A program made the translations under genes and the position numbers. This document shows positions 36,211 to 49,108 of a stretch of 64,000 nucleotides of DNA, one piece after another (the first letter of the stretch is position 1; every line of letters starts with the position of its first letter). The notes beneath the pieces were generated by a model. The model saw only the letters and a program-made list of their open reading frames with translations. It was not told where the DNA came from and did no database searches. The stretch is from NCBI GenBank assembly GCA_002269645.1, contig NIVC01000010.1:372001-436000 (forward strand). Direction: 5' to 3'. This stretch comes from Macrostomum lignano. Taxonomy: Eukaryota.

Positions 36211-36935
36211 CATGGCGTGCAATTATTCTCTAACCAATGACTGTCAGAGCACAATAAAAATGTCCAAGTATTTACGCTTCTTGTTGCATGATTCTGCAGC
36301 CGTGTAATCACTGTCTAATCTGATATATTGTTACTCTATATATTTATTACTGACATGCAGCAGTAGTATGTCTATTGTTTTAGTAAGTTAAAGTATATTT
36401 TTGATTCGCCGCTTCAATGATTTTATTTAACTTACTGCCTTACTTAATGCGTTTTTAACTCCTTTTCATTTTAATCAGCTGCTAATTTCGCCGCTTTGTC
36501 AATTTTTATGCTTTAATTGAGCAGTAGCGCACTTTAATTAATTACAGGTATGACTAATTGATTTTGGCATTATCACTCAACTCGAAAACTTTATAACGAG
36601 GCTTGTGACCGTGCAGCTAGAGTATTGAGGGCATCTCAGTTTATGTTGCGGATTTCCTGTGCCTACAACTCGGAACTATTGTACCGACAATGACCTTTGA
36701 AAACCATCAGAAATACACTGATTCACTGCTTTAACGTGACTGTGCTTGCAATGTCCTTTTTCAATTCTAGAATCCGTTTTATAACTGAGAAAAGAAGAAG
36801 CGCCATCCGATTTCTTTTGCTATGCTTTAATCCGATTGTATTTTGAATTCGATTTTTTCAGTTGGTGAGAGAAACTCTCATTGCTCAAGTGGCTTTGGCT
36901 TCGGGTCGGTAATTCAAGGTCCTGGGCTTCTGTCT

Positions 36936-37661
36936 TCACTCAAGCCGGAACTTGACCCAGTCGGCGCTCGTCTCGATCTCCGCCTCCACCTGAGCGTCGG
37001 TGAACAGCAGCAGGCGGCAGGCTCTCAGCTTGCTGTTGTACAGCACGTGTCTGCAGCTGCCGTAAATCATAGCGGCTGCAACGCACTCAAAATCGCTGCT
37101 CACATTCGGCACATCAGTGAAGCAGTACTCGGAGTTGAAGCTCTGGCGCTTGAAGGCAGCGGCCGTCCAGACGCCGGCAGTCGGCGGTCGGGTATCGTCC
37201 GCGAACTCACAGGCAAATCCGAAGCTCAATTTGCAGTTGAAGTCAGCCAGGGTCTTGCCTGCGCGCAGTCGGAGGCAGTTGTCGGTAACTCCACCATTCG
37301 GCTCACCAGTGTGAAACAGGCTGCCGTCCTCCGGGAAGATGCCGTTTCCGTTGACCCTCCGCCAGCCGGCTCTGTTCTGGTTTCTCTCATCGGCCAGGTC
37401 GCTCAGTCCGACCCACAGGTCGCAGCTGCAGATGGCACTGGGGATTTTCCCCATGCGAAACTTCTTGATGGAGCTGTGCGAGTTGACGAGCTCGCCTCCG
37501 ATCGATGCGCACTGCCGATTGGCTGAGCACCAGCTGTGGCTGTGAGCTGTGCTCACGAACAGGCACAGACCGGCCTGCATGGTGAACGGTGCGGGACACG
37601 GCAGGGCCTGCGACTGCAGCAGCAGCAGCAGCAGCAATGGCTGCATCATTGATTTTCGCAA
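36936..37661 (-). CDS. Secreted C-type lectin + C-terminal PAN/apple-like domain, copy 1 (EPN), intact
   Basis: Poly-Leu signal peptide; CTLD C..HSWCSANRQC..GGELV, LWVGLSD, EPN, C.RL, LADFNC..FACEF. Cys-rich C-terminus YCFTDVPNVSSDFECVAAAM..SCRHVLYNSKLRACRL (PAN-like is an inference). Single exon. Confidence 0.88.
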   Translation of the reverse strand: MRKSMMQPLLLLLLLQSQALPCPAPFTMQAGLCLFVSTAHSHSWCSANRQCASIGGELVNSHSSIKKFRMGKIPSAICSCDLWVGLSDLADERNQNRAGWRRVNGNGIFPEDGSLFHTGEPNGGVTDNCLRLRAGKTLADFNCKLSFGFACEFADDTRPPTAGVWTAAAFKRQSFNSEYCFTDVPNVSSDFECVAAAMIYGSCRHVLYNSKLRACRLLLFTDAQVEAEIETSADWVKFRLE

Positions 37662-38639
37662 ATTCTAGATCGGATGCTCTTCTGCGGTTTTCCGAATTAG
37701 AAAATAGTTTCTAAGGATAATTTTCCCTTTACTCTCCGGCAAACGTTACCAATGCTCAAGGCGCAACTCTGGCGACCTCAACGAGTTAAAGCGCATTCAG
37801 CCAGCGTCGGGCGCAACTTAAATAGCCGATCTTGTAAACCTGCCTGCTCCGCTCCCTGCTCTCATTGGTTCAACGCTCAAGTCCATCTAGGCATTGCGGC
37901 TTCCTTCTCGAATCCGTACGAATCCGTACGCCTGACTAACCAAAGCTTGGCATCTGGCAGGTTTCTTAACACTTGGATGCATTAATATGCTAAAGAGTGA
38001 ATTAAAATGCCTTTTTAACACACTATTTATGTCAAATTTTGCTGTACATGTATGACAGTTTATCTACTGAACCTTTTTGGCTAAAGATGTCGCACTGCAT
38101 CCCTGTGTTGCTGTGTCTGTGGTGTAGAAAGGCTGTAGAACGATCGGGCTAGGCAGTTTATTTTTATAGCGTATTCTTTTCAAGTCTTGCATCTGCATAT
38201 GCACCTGCGTGCGTGCCCAGGGTCAGCAGAATGGGCGGGGACTGCTAGCATGGCCACCTCGATGGATGCGGGGTCAACCGTCGTCTTGATTCTTGGCAGC
38301 ACCGAAATGCCCCCATCGCAATCTAACTTTGCTTAACATTCCAAGCAGTAAGGGTACGCGGAAGCTGAGGCTGTTCAAGTTTGCACATAATTGCTATCCG
38401 AAATCTGCTATCTGGAGGAGTTTTGCTTTGAAGCGGAGCGGGTACTATGGCAGGCCGAAATGGGGGTGAAGCCAACGATGTTTGCCCGCGGCCGATGTCT
38501 ATGGCCAAACCAAATGGCATATATTATTTATATTTATGCCTCTCTTTGAAAAAAGGCGAGTAAACCAGCGAAATCAATTTCCGGAATAACAGATTCTAAC
38601 GAAACGTGAGCTAATAAATATAGCTCTTATTTACGTATA

Positions 38640-39060
38640 CGTGAAGTAGGGGACGCATCATTTTCTCAAAAATGCTAAAAGTTCAGTCTGCTCGATCAGA
38701 CACTCCAACTTGTTGGGGGTGATGTTGAAGTTACAGTTTTCGAACTTTCAGTTGCCAAACGATCTAGGTGCTTCGCCAACTGGATTGCTAATGGCTATCA
38801 TTTTCAGTTCGAAAGAGAATTTGAACCAGCATCTGATGCTGTCAATGTCGGTTGGCATTCCCTCCTCCATCAGAAACTTTTTGAACTTTTGATGTTGTTC
38901 CGTCTGCTTGGTGGTAGACTTTCGCTTGCTATCCTCCTCTGCCTGTCGCAGATCTTGTTCTTCAGAGTTCAACTCACGCAACAGAGAAATGTCGTCAATG
39001 TTAGTTGGATCACGGAGTTCCTCGTCGATGAGGCGTTCCTGGTTCTCAGTAAGGCCTGTC
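38640..39060 (-). pseudogene. Decayed ORF fragment, possibly Crypton/DUF3504-type tyrosine-recombinase N-terminus
   Basis: EEQDLRQAEEDSKRKSTTKQTEQHQKFKKFLMEEGMPTDIDSI, followed in shifted frames by RTENDSH* and NCNFNI. Resemblance is from memory only; no catalytic residues seen. Confidence 0.25.
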
Positions 39061-39099
39061 CATTGGCCACTACTACATCGAATTAGTAGTGGTCCTTAG

Positions 39100-39440
39100 T
39101 ACGCAATTTTTACCATAGACAGCGACAGCGAGCGCGAAATAAAGTCAATCTATAGAAGTGAAGGCGTTTTTACCATGGACAGCTGCAGCGGGCGCGAAAT
39201 AAAGTCAATCTATAGAAGTGAAGGCGTTTTTACCATAGACAGCTGCAGCGGGCGCGAAATAAAGTCAATCTATAGAAGTGAAGGCGTTTTTACCATAGAC
39301 AGCTGCAGCGGGCGCGAAATAAAGTCAATCTATAGAAGTGAAGGCGTTTTTGTCATAGACAGCTGCAGCGGGCGCGAAATAAAGTCAATCTATAGAAGTG
39401 AAGGCGTTTTTGTCATAGACAGCTGCAGCGGGCGCGAAAT
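39100..39440. repeat. 60-bp tandem repeat, ~5.5 copies
   Basis: TACCATAGACAGCTGCAGCGGGCGCGAAATAAAGTCAATCTATAGAAGTGAAGGCGTTTT in contiguous units with no spacers. Confidence 0.95.
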
Positions 39441-40399
39441 GTCATTTCGTGCCCGCTATAGTTGCTGGCTCTGTTATGCCATAATAATAATATGGATCGG
39501 CGCCTCTACCGTTTCGCTCATTTCTGCCCTAAGCAGTAAGGGGCGACCCAGTCCCGGGCCCGGTCATCGAAAGAGCAGTTGCACAGTGAAATAAACCGTT
39601 TATTTGCACCGATGCAACTAAATGAAATTTACACTGATACCATAGACGTTCGCCCGGGGCAAGTGGGGGATACATACCATTTATTTACTATATTTTTATT
39701 CTTTTATTTTACAGACTTTTTAGGTACTCGTACTCGTAGTTCTCCGATCCGCAAAGACGTTACCAAAACTTACGATTCCCAAGTTTTTAGCTCGTAAGTT
39801 TTTGACTAGCGAAATTTCTGCTGCCAAATTTCGGCTAACCCATTACGAGAATTTGAGAATTGGAAGCGCTTTTGCCTCAAGCAGCCTCTGTAAACTAGAA
39901 AAACTCTAAGTCCGTGTGACTTCCAGGAGCTTAGGATAAGGGACAGGGTTAGGGTCGCGGCTGTCAAATTGAGACAATTAAGTGGTGTGAACCCGTGGCT
40001 TCCAGGCTCCTTCGACAATGCTGCAATTCTTCTGGATGATTGCAACATCGATTTTGCTTCACGGAAGCTCGCATCTCCGCGTTGAGTGGTGTAAACTTCT
40101 CCAGGTGTCTCAAGTGATGCGAGTATTCAAACCGGTTTTTAACTTCTTCCTCGTTGTCAGCTGTGGTCTTAACTACTAGGCCGTGATCTCACCCGTGAAC
40201 TCACTCATTTAAAGATCCATATTAAACATGTAACTACTGCAGTGAGCAATATTCTTGTACAAAATTTACTTCACAGTCCTTCCGTTCGCGACTCTTCAGT
40301 ACTAAAGAGCACTACTACACTTAGATGTGCGGAGACAACTTAGACACAAGGACAAGTAAAGCAACGTATATACAGGACGCTGCTAATAATAATATTAAA

Positions 40400-43300
40400 A
40401 AACGAGGCCAACTCCTCCGCTGGAGGAGAAAGGGGAAGAACTCCCATCATCGGAATTCCATTCCCTGAAATCTATCAGCTGAATTCCATGACCCGAGTCC
40501 CATCATCCAACTCCGAAGACAAAAATCATCTCCGTGAAATTGAACACCATCGAAATGCTCTCCGGGAAACAGGAATCAGTCGAAATTTTCTCCATCAAAA
40601 AGAACTCAACTCTCAGGATTCATTGGTTAGGGTTATGGTTAGATTAGGGTTAGGGTTAGAGCTCCACAGAGCTGCGTGCTGAAAGACGCCGATAAAAATA
40701 TTGAATTAATTGAATTAATTGATTGCGCAACCGATTTCTCAGTGAGCCAGTATCAGTCTCAGTTAAAGTTAACAAAATGATTGCGCAATCTAAATCAACC
40801 CTCCCATACACAGCGGCAGTAAGAAGTTGAACCCTTCCCCCAACTTTATCTATTACATCTCGCGAAACTGAGTACAATCTTTGCAGAAAGTTAAAAGTAT
40901 GGAAATAATTTTTCGAATGCTGTGCTTTTCCTTTTCACATTTAAAGAAAACAACTTACATCCCCGAACTCAGCGTTGAAAGATCTTTCCAGCAATATAAG
41001 TCTCTCCTCTCAAAGTTCAAAACTCGAGGAACAGTTTGTGTTTGAAATTTTCCAGTTTAAAGCATTGAATTTTTGAGTGTACATTCACTGCCTGCTACAG
41101 TGAGAGGCTTGCAAGTTTATGCATTGAATTTCACTGTCTGCCAGTTAGCAAGGGTCCAAGTGTACACACGAAGCCACTTAGAACGCCCTCACCCCCCACT
41201 GGAGAGAAAATACACTGCCGAGATAGGAAAATGTTGTGGCGCAATCACTCAAAATTGATGCAAATTTTCAGTTCAGAGCAGAAAAAGTAGCCAAAGAAGG
41301 TTGAGAAAACAATTTTCAGCTTTTTTAAAAGACTTAACTTTTTAATTTTCACCATCAAAATAGCCTATTTGTTGTGTAGGAAAATTCTGCATTGATATAT
41401 AAAAGTCTCGCATTTGAGTTGCCAGCCGTCTAGGAGGAGATACGCGTTAAACCCGACCGGTCCATCGATCGATCGGTCCACTCAGCTTTAGATATAACGA
41501 GGCCAACTCCTCCGCTGGAGGAGAAAGAGGAAGAATTCCCATCACCGGAATTCCATTCCCTGAACTCCATCAGCTGACCCACGACCCGAATCCCATCATC
41601 CAACTTTTATCCAAATCCATCAAAATCCTCTCCGCGAAACTGGACTCAATCGAAATTTTCTCCGTCAAACCGAACTCAACTCTCAGAATTCAGTGGTTAG
41701 GGTTAGGGTTAGAGCTGCACAGAACTGCGTGTTGAAAGGCGCCATTAAAAAGATTTAACCAATTCAATCAATTTATTGTGCAACTGATTTCACAGTCAGT
41801 CAGAATCAGTCTCGGTTAAAGGAACAAAATGGTTACGCAATCTAAATCAACCCTCCAATACACAGCGACCGCCCCCCTTCTAATACACAGTGGCAAGTAG
41901 AAGTTGAACCCCCCAACTTTATCTCTGACCTATCGCAAAAATAAGTACAATCTTTCAAAAAGTAAAAACTATGGAAATCGTATTTCGAATGCTCAGCTTT
42001 TTGTTTTCATATTTAAAGCAAACAACTTATATCCCCGAACTCAGTGTTGCAAGATCTTTCCAGCAAGTCTCGATCTTCTCTTAAAGTTTAAAACTCGAAG
42101 AGCAGTTAGCGTTTGAAACTTTCTGATTTAAAGAATTGAAATATCGAGTGTACGTTCACTGCCTGCTCAATACACAGGACTGCCTATTGAAAGACAGAAT
42201 GACTTAACAGTAGCCAAATCATTGCGCCATTGTCTATACAGTCTGCCAGTGAGCTAGGGTTAGATTGTACTCGTACACACGCAGTCACTGAGAACACAAC
42301 CATCCCCCCACAGGAGAGAAAATGCACTTGCAAGATAGGAGAAAGTTGTGGCGCAATCACTCAAAATTGATGCAAATTTTTAGTTCAGAGCAGAAAAGAG
42401 CAGAAAAAACCCACAGGGTCGTAAAAAGATGACAGGTGCGGCCATAAATCAATCAAAATCGCAACAAAAAGATTTATGACTTTTCGCGTAGGATTAACAG
42501 AAATTAATGAAAAAATATACATTAGAAAGCTCTTATTAAATAGAAAGTGAAGATAATGAAGAGAAACCGCTAATCCCTAATCCGAAAGTACTTTTAGGGG
42601 TAAAACGCATAGCTGTCAAAGCTGTCACACGCTTGAGTGAACCCGAACAATAGGCTCTGACCTCATAAATCTTGATGGCCTGTCAAAATGATGAGAAAAA
42701 GCTACCGCCCGCATCCTCTCAGACCATCTGGCACCCGCCTCAACACTGAGTGAGGCGCAGGTGGCTGTCAGACCAGCTTCGAAAGCGATGATTTATGACC
42801 CAAAAAGCTTTGCCTATGTTATTATGACTACTAGTATGACCAAACATTATATCTAGTATAGATTCTATGAAATTTCGCAGAGAAAGGATAAAGATGCCCA
42901 TAGCCTGCTGTTAGTAGGCTAGTAAGTTTAGAGCCCATGTGCTAGCGCGGGATTTGGGAAAAAGTGCGTCCTCATCATATGCCCCCCTATTTCTGAGTTG
43001 ATCGCAGATTAACTCAAAAACAAAGAAGAAAAATGAGCGCAGTTTTGTACAAAATCGCAGCTAGCACATCACAAAGTTAGTAAAAACAATAATTACTCAC
43101 AAATAGGTATAAAAATATTGAACTAATACGCGTCCCAAGAAAGGAAATCGCAAAAGAGAAAGAAATTGGGGGAAAGGGAAGGATTGAAGAAAGAAAGGGA
43201 TCAAAAGAAAGGTGCTTAAAAATAGATATCGCGTTTGCAATACAATATTAAATGCAAGATACATGTAAGGGGATAATAGACAGATAAATTATTGCCGCGC

Positions 43301-43660
43301 GAGAAGACACAGTTCAAAATGTGCGAAATATGAATGAAATAACCAGTGCTTATTCAGGGAGACTAAACTCAATTGTTCGCATTTGAGTTAGCCTCAACCC
43401 GACCTGATAAGCCTCTTGATGGCTTAATTCCTTTGCCGCGCGGCCGATCCGAGCCAGGATGGCCAAAGGTTGAGAAAACAGTTTTCTGCTTTTTAACAGA
43501 CTTTATTTTAAAAAATTCAACATCAAAATAGCCTATTTGCTGTGTAGGAAAATTCTGCATTGATATATATAAGTCTCGCATTTGAGTTGCCAGCCGTCTA
43601 GGAGATACGCGTTAAACCCGACCGGTCGATCGATCGATCGATCCACGCAGCTTTAGATAG
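40400..43660 (-). mobile_element. Head-to-tail pair of a ~1.1-kb non-coding element (second copy has a ~1-kb insert); Helitron-like
   Basis: AACGAGGCCAACTCCTCCGCTGGAGGAG starts both copies (40401, 41497), and the ends CGATCGAT..CAGCTTTAGATA recur at ~41490 and ~43655. On the - strand each copy starts A|TC and has a perfect CTCCTCC/GGAGGAG hairpin near its 3' end, but ends CTCG rather than CTRR. Confidence 0.45.
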
Positions 43661-44842
43661 CTATAAGAGAGATTAATAATATTTTAATAATATTAAATAT
43701 AATCAAAAAATAACATAGAACCCTAAGTTTCTGAACGAAAAGCTTTATGAATATCAATAGAGCAATAAGAAAGGCACAAAATATCAAAAGATGAGCATTG
43801 GGTCTGCCTGCTATCAAAAGAAATACCAATTTTTATGCTGAAGAAATGAAAACTTCTTATCTCCGCGAGTGTATTTTTCGGCGAAAAGTGGCGTTCAAAA
43901 CATTTTTCATAGATTTCGAGTATTGCGTCCTTCTAATTTAGTCCTTGTATGCTTCATCCAACTCACCCAACCTAAGCATCAGTGAGCATCTGTTGAAAAG
44001 AAGCCGTTTTGAATTGCCGAGATATTTCAACAACACTTTTTCAAATAAGCTGATTCTAATATTTGGTTTTCTTGTAAGACTGACACTTCTCGGTATTTTT
44101 GCTCTAGCTTTCTGAGGCGTCCTGTAAGCAACCACCTGTGAGTAAAGTGAGTGGCAGTTTCCTAGCTTAAGATTGTTGAGTCGAAAAGCAAATATTGAGC
44201 TACTTCAACCTTTACCTGCTGCTTGGTTTCAACTACATGGCGTGTTTTAGAGCGCTCTGGCTTTCCTCATATTTTCTATTTGCATAGCGCTGTCAACTGT
44301 CAATTTCCCATACTCCATAATGCCACTCTCCATGGTCGTGTACTATTTTGAAAGTTTGAATCTCCATGCTAGTGAGAATTTTGCAAACGAAATTTAGAGA
44401 AATAAATAAACGCGGATATAGTATTTTTTGGAAAGTTGGCCATAAATAAATAAATTTACACAAGTCTGTAAATAAATAAGTGAATAAATATATAATAAAT
44501 GAATGGGAAATATCATACATTTTAATAAATGTCAGGGGCGTCGGCATGGATTTTATTGGGGGGGAGGGGTGGACAAAGCAGATTATTTTATATGTAACAT
44601 GACTAAATTTCTACATCTACATTATTTTAAGAATCGTATTGTCGCGCTCATTTTAGCGCCGCAGGCACTCATTTTAGCGCCGCAGGCACTCATTTTAGCG
44701 CCGCAGGCACTCCTTTTAGCGCCACAGGCACTCATTTTAGCGCCGCAGGCACTCATTTTAGCGCCGCAGGCACTCATTTTAGCGCCGCAGGCACTCCTTT
44801 TAGCGCCACAGGCACTCATTTTAGCGCCGCAGGCACTCCTTT

Positions 44843-45109
44843 TGTTGTGGACAAGTTCTGCTATTTGTACGCTTTGTACAAGTGCAAATTCACATGTGCT
44901 TATGCTACGCTTGTATGCAGCTGGGAAGCTGTCTATGGTGCTGACGGCCCCTTGGGTACAGGCCCTCGGATGTGATCTGAGGCAAACAGCCCATAGGAAA
45001 TAAAAGGAATAAGAAATAGCCAGAACTAAGGCTACAAGCAGACCAAAATCGGCTGCATTTTATTTTCTATCAAACCTCCGCCTTTTATTTGTTGGTTAAA
45101 GACACAACA
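44843..45109 (+). mobile_element. Solo LTR (267 bp), copy A
   Basis: TGTTGTGG...CACAACA, flanked by CCTTT on both sides. Confidence 0.9.
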
Positions 45110-45387
45110 CCTTTTAGCGCCGCAGGCACTCCTTTTAGCGCCGCAGGCACTCATTTTAGCGCCGCAGGCACTCCTTTTAGCGCCGCAGGCACTCCTTTTA
45201 GCGCCGCAGGCACTCCTTTTAGCGCCGCAGGCACTCCTTTTAGCGCCGCAGGCACTCCTTTTAGCGCCGCAGGCACTCCTTTTAGCGCCGCAGGCACTCC
45301 TTTTAGCGCCGCAGGCACTCATTTTAGCGCCGCAGGTACTCCTTTTAGCGCCGCAGGCACTCATTTTAGCGCCGCAGGCACTCCTTT

Positions 45388-48300
45388 TGTTGTGGACAAG
45401 TTCTGCTATTTGTACGCTTTGTACAAGTGCAAATTCACATGTGCTTATGCTACGCTTGTATGCAGCTGGGAAGCTGTCTATGGTGCTGACGGCCCCTTGG
45501 GTACAGGCCCTCGGATGTGATCTGAGGCAAACAGCCCATAGGAAATAAAAGGAATAAGAAATAGCCAGAACTAAGGCTACAAGCAGACCAAAATCGGCTG
45601 CATTTTATTTTCTATCAAACCTCCGCCTTTTATTTTTGGTTAAAGACAAAAATTGGCGTCGCACAGCTCGATATGTCCAAGAACACAGGGAAACTCCCAT
45701 TGGACGATAAGTCACCCGCTAAGTTACCTGTGAAATCGCCTGCCAAGTCACCTGCAAAGTCGCCCGCTAAGTCACCTGCAAAGTCGACCACCAAATCACC
45801 TAGAGCTACGTCAAAGATGCCATTGCTGGGATTCGGTTCGACATTTCAAAGTCGTGGATATCAGCCATTCGAAGGCTTGTCCAACTGCCGCTCAATGACC
45901 AACATGGCTGAAATCGAGAAGCTTGAGGACGGCAAGATGTTCGAGCGTTGGCTAGACCGCTTCACCGTTGCTGCTCGCTTCTACCGTTGGTCAGATGAGG
46001 ACATGGCTCAGGTTCTGCTAATGCGCTTGGCGCCATCACTATATGATGTATTAGCAGACCGCCTGTCGCCGGACGTCCCAAGCTCAAGGTCGTTCGAAGA
46101 ACTGAAGACTGCGCTTCAGGAGATTCTTCTTCCGCAGACCTATGCGTTGGCTGAACGTTACAAATTTCAGAATCTGAGGCGCGAGACGTCCGAGTCCGTC
46201 AGAGCGTTCGCGGAGCGGCTGCTTAAAGCATCGGACAAGTGTATGTTTGCTGATCGCGAAGAGCGTCTCCGAGACCAATTTATTTGTGGGTTAAACGACA
46301 AGGCGACAATAGCTAAACTACTGGTAAGGGACCACAAGGCGCTGACTTTTAAAGTAGCTGTGGCGGAAGCGGAGGCAATGTCGGCATTGAAGGACACAAA
46401 AATCATGCAGTCCGCAACAGGTCCGCGCACTGAAAGCGTCATGAAGGTGGGACGGAAGTTTCACACCAAGGCTCCGTCGAGACCGGCACGGCCGGCAGAC
46501 AGGAAGCTTGGCATTCAGGCCAATTCCACAGCGAATATCAGATGCTCAAGATGTGGCGGAATGCACAAAAATAAGACCGAGTGTCCAGCAAAGGGAAAGA
46601 CCTGTCGGAAATGTGGAAAGTCAAATGTAAGTCGAAAGGCGAAGGACAACACTTCGTGTCACAGACAAAAGATGCTCAATCGGATGACGTTCTGGCAGTT
46701 GTACACTCTACTGCGACCAGAAATGGATCTTTTCCGACTATCCCGTTGGAGTGCTTGGTCAACGGCCGAGATCAGATGATTGAATGCCAGTTTGACACTG
46801 GAGCCACAGTGTCGGTGATGTCCAGCAGGTTGTGGAAGCAGCTGGGAGAACCTATACTGCAGCCCAGTACAGCAGTCTTGATCGGGTATACGGACAGCCA
46901 CCGGTTCCTGTTTGGACGAGAGTTCACATTAGTCACAGATCATCGACCGCTTACCCATATATTTGGCCAAAACAGTCAACTACCTGAAAGGGTATCTGCG
47001 AGATTACAGAGATGGGCCATCACTCTCTCAGGGTACAGTTACGTCATCACGTACAGGAAGTCGGCCGAAATGAAATCTGATTCGCTGTCGAGATTAGTTG
47101 CTCCAACTGCAGCAGTGTCTACTCATCATGTCGGACGGGTCCCACTGAGTGAACGCGGTCTCTTGAGCCTGCAGGAGGTTATCGTTCACACTCAGGAGTG
47201 TCCTGAACTGAGGAAGCTCACAGATGCCATTGGAACTGGGCAATTCAATGACTCCGACATCCGATCCTACAAGCCAATTGCGGATGAGTTGACAGTGCAG
47301 GACGGCGCGATCATTCGTGGAACCAAGTTGGTGGTTCCCATCACATTAAGGGAGAAGGCACTGGCCGCTGCCCATGGAGTGCACCTCGGGATTGCGCGCA
47401 CGAAATCTCTGCTACGAGAATACTGGTGGCCTCGGATGGACAAGATGGTGGAGTCACGTGTGGGAACATGCCAAGTCTGCAGGACATCAAAGCCACGGAA
47501 CAGAAACTTCTGCACGTCGTGGCCCAAGCCAGAGGGCCCATGGACCAGAGTCCACGTGGACTTTGCCGGTCCAATTGAAGGGCACTACCTACTGGTGTTA
47601 GTGGACGCCTACTCCGGTTATCCAGAAGTGCACCTCACGAAAGACATGACATCAACTACCGTTGTCAACTGCTTCCGACGGACGTTTGCACAACAAGGTG
47701 TCCCAAATCAGCTCGTGTCAGACAACGGCCCCAGCTTCGTGAGCGAGGAGACGCGCCAGTGGTTAACAAGGGTCGGCTGCAACCCGATCACTACGCCCGC
47801 CTATCATCCCCAAAGCAACGGGCTAGCAGAGAGGTTCGTACGCACGATCAAGGAAGCGATCCGAGCGAACGGCCTGACACAAGCCGCCATTGATCGATAC
47901 TTGCTATTTTACCGAGCATCCGTTGGCGTAGGTGGAGCATCTCCAGCTGAACTACTGGTAGGCAGGAAGCTGCGAGCGCCGCTGCTGACAACACAGGTTA
48001 CCTGGAAACCCGGGGAGAACCTGGTCTACCGGGCGGGTCAGCGAGTACAAGAGGCTACGCTTGTCTGTCCGAAGGGGTCCAACACAGCAATAATAAAGGT
48101 TGGGCCAGAGAAATTTAAAAAAGCTCATTTGGATCAGCTGCAAAGGTTCCGCCCACGCAAAACATCGGAGGATCAGACAGAGAGGCAAGACAGTTCGGAA
48201 GGAAGCCACCCGGAAACTGCAGAGTGCACAATGAGAGGACTTGGACCAAGGCAAGACGAGCAAGCGCGGCCCTGCGAACCCGGAGGCGTGTCTGATACTG

Positions 48301-48773
48301 AAGTTGAGCCAGAGACTACGACGCCTGAGGCTATAGCACCCAGTGTCACTAAGAATGTGGCTCGCCCACAGACAGCAGAGCAACCGGAAGTGCGGCGAAG
48401 CTCGCGGTTGCAAGCCAAACCAAGAATTGACTACAAGGAATGAACTGCTAAGAGCCATGGAGTGCTTAAAGGGATTAGACAGTTCTTTTTGTAAAAGGGA
48501 GGGCGGTGTTGTGGACAAGTTCTGCTATTTGTACGCTTTGTACAAGTGCAAATTCACATGTGCTTATGCTACGCTTGTATGCAGCTGGGAAGCTGTCTAT
48601 GGTGCTGACGGCCCCTTGGGTACAGGCCCTCGGATGTGATCTGAGGCAAACAGCCCATAGGAAATAAAAGGAATAAGAAATAGCCAGAACTAAGGCTACA
48701 AGCAGACCAAAATCGGCTGCATTTTATTTTCTATCAAACCTCCGCCTTTTATTTGTTGGTTAAAGACACAACA
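45388..48773 (+). mobile_element. Gypsy/Ty3 LTR retrotransposon lacking reverse transcriptase
   Basis: 5' LTR 45388-~45652, PBS TGGCGTCG at 45654, gag 45673-46779, PR-RH(remnant)-IN 46581-48443, PPT AAAAGGGAGGGCGG at 48493-48506, 3' LTR 48507-48773, TSD CCTTT. Protease FDTGATVS; integrase AHGVH..CQVC, VHVDFAGP, SDNGPSF, HPQSNGLAERFV. Confidence 0.93.
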
Positions 48774-48841
48774 CCTTTTAGCGCCGCAGGCACTCCTTTT
48801 AGCGCCGCAGGCACTCATTTTAGCGCCGCAGGCACTCCTTT

Positions 48842-49108
48842 TGTTGTGGACAAGTTCTGCTATTTGTACGCTTTGTACAAGTGCAAATTCACATGTGCTT
48901 ATGCTACGCTTGTATGCAGCTGGGAAGCTGTCTATGGTGCTGACGGCCCCTTGGGTACAGGCCCTCGGATGTGATCTGAGGCAAACAGCCCATAGGAAAT
49001 AAAAGGAATAAGAAATAGCCAGAACTAAGGCTACAAGCAGACCAAAATCGGCTGCATTTTATTTTCTATCAAACCTCCGCCTTTTATTTGTTGGTTAAAG
49101 ACACAACA
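48842..49108 (+). mobile_element. Solo LTR (267 bp), copy D
   Basis: Same sequence as copies A and C by eye, flanked by CCTTT. Confidence 0.9.

Noticed and set aside
39100-39440. CRISPR-like appearance of the 60-bp and 87-bp (55730-56095) repeats
   Set aside because: Units are contiguous with no unique spacers, there are no cas genes, and the context is eukaryotic.
40620-41715. TTAGGG runs as interstitial telomere or chromosome-healing site
   Set aside because: Only 2-4 imperfect units, at equivalent positions inside a duplicated element.
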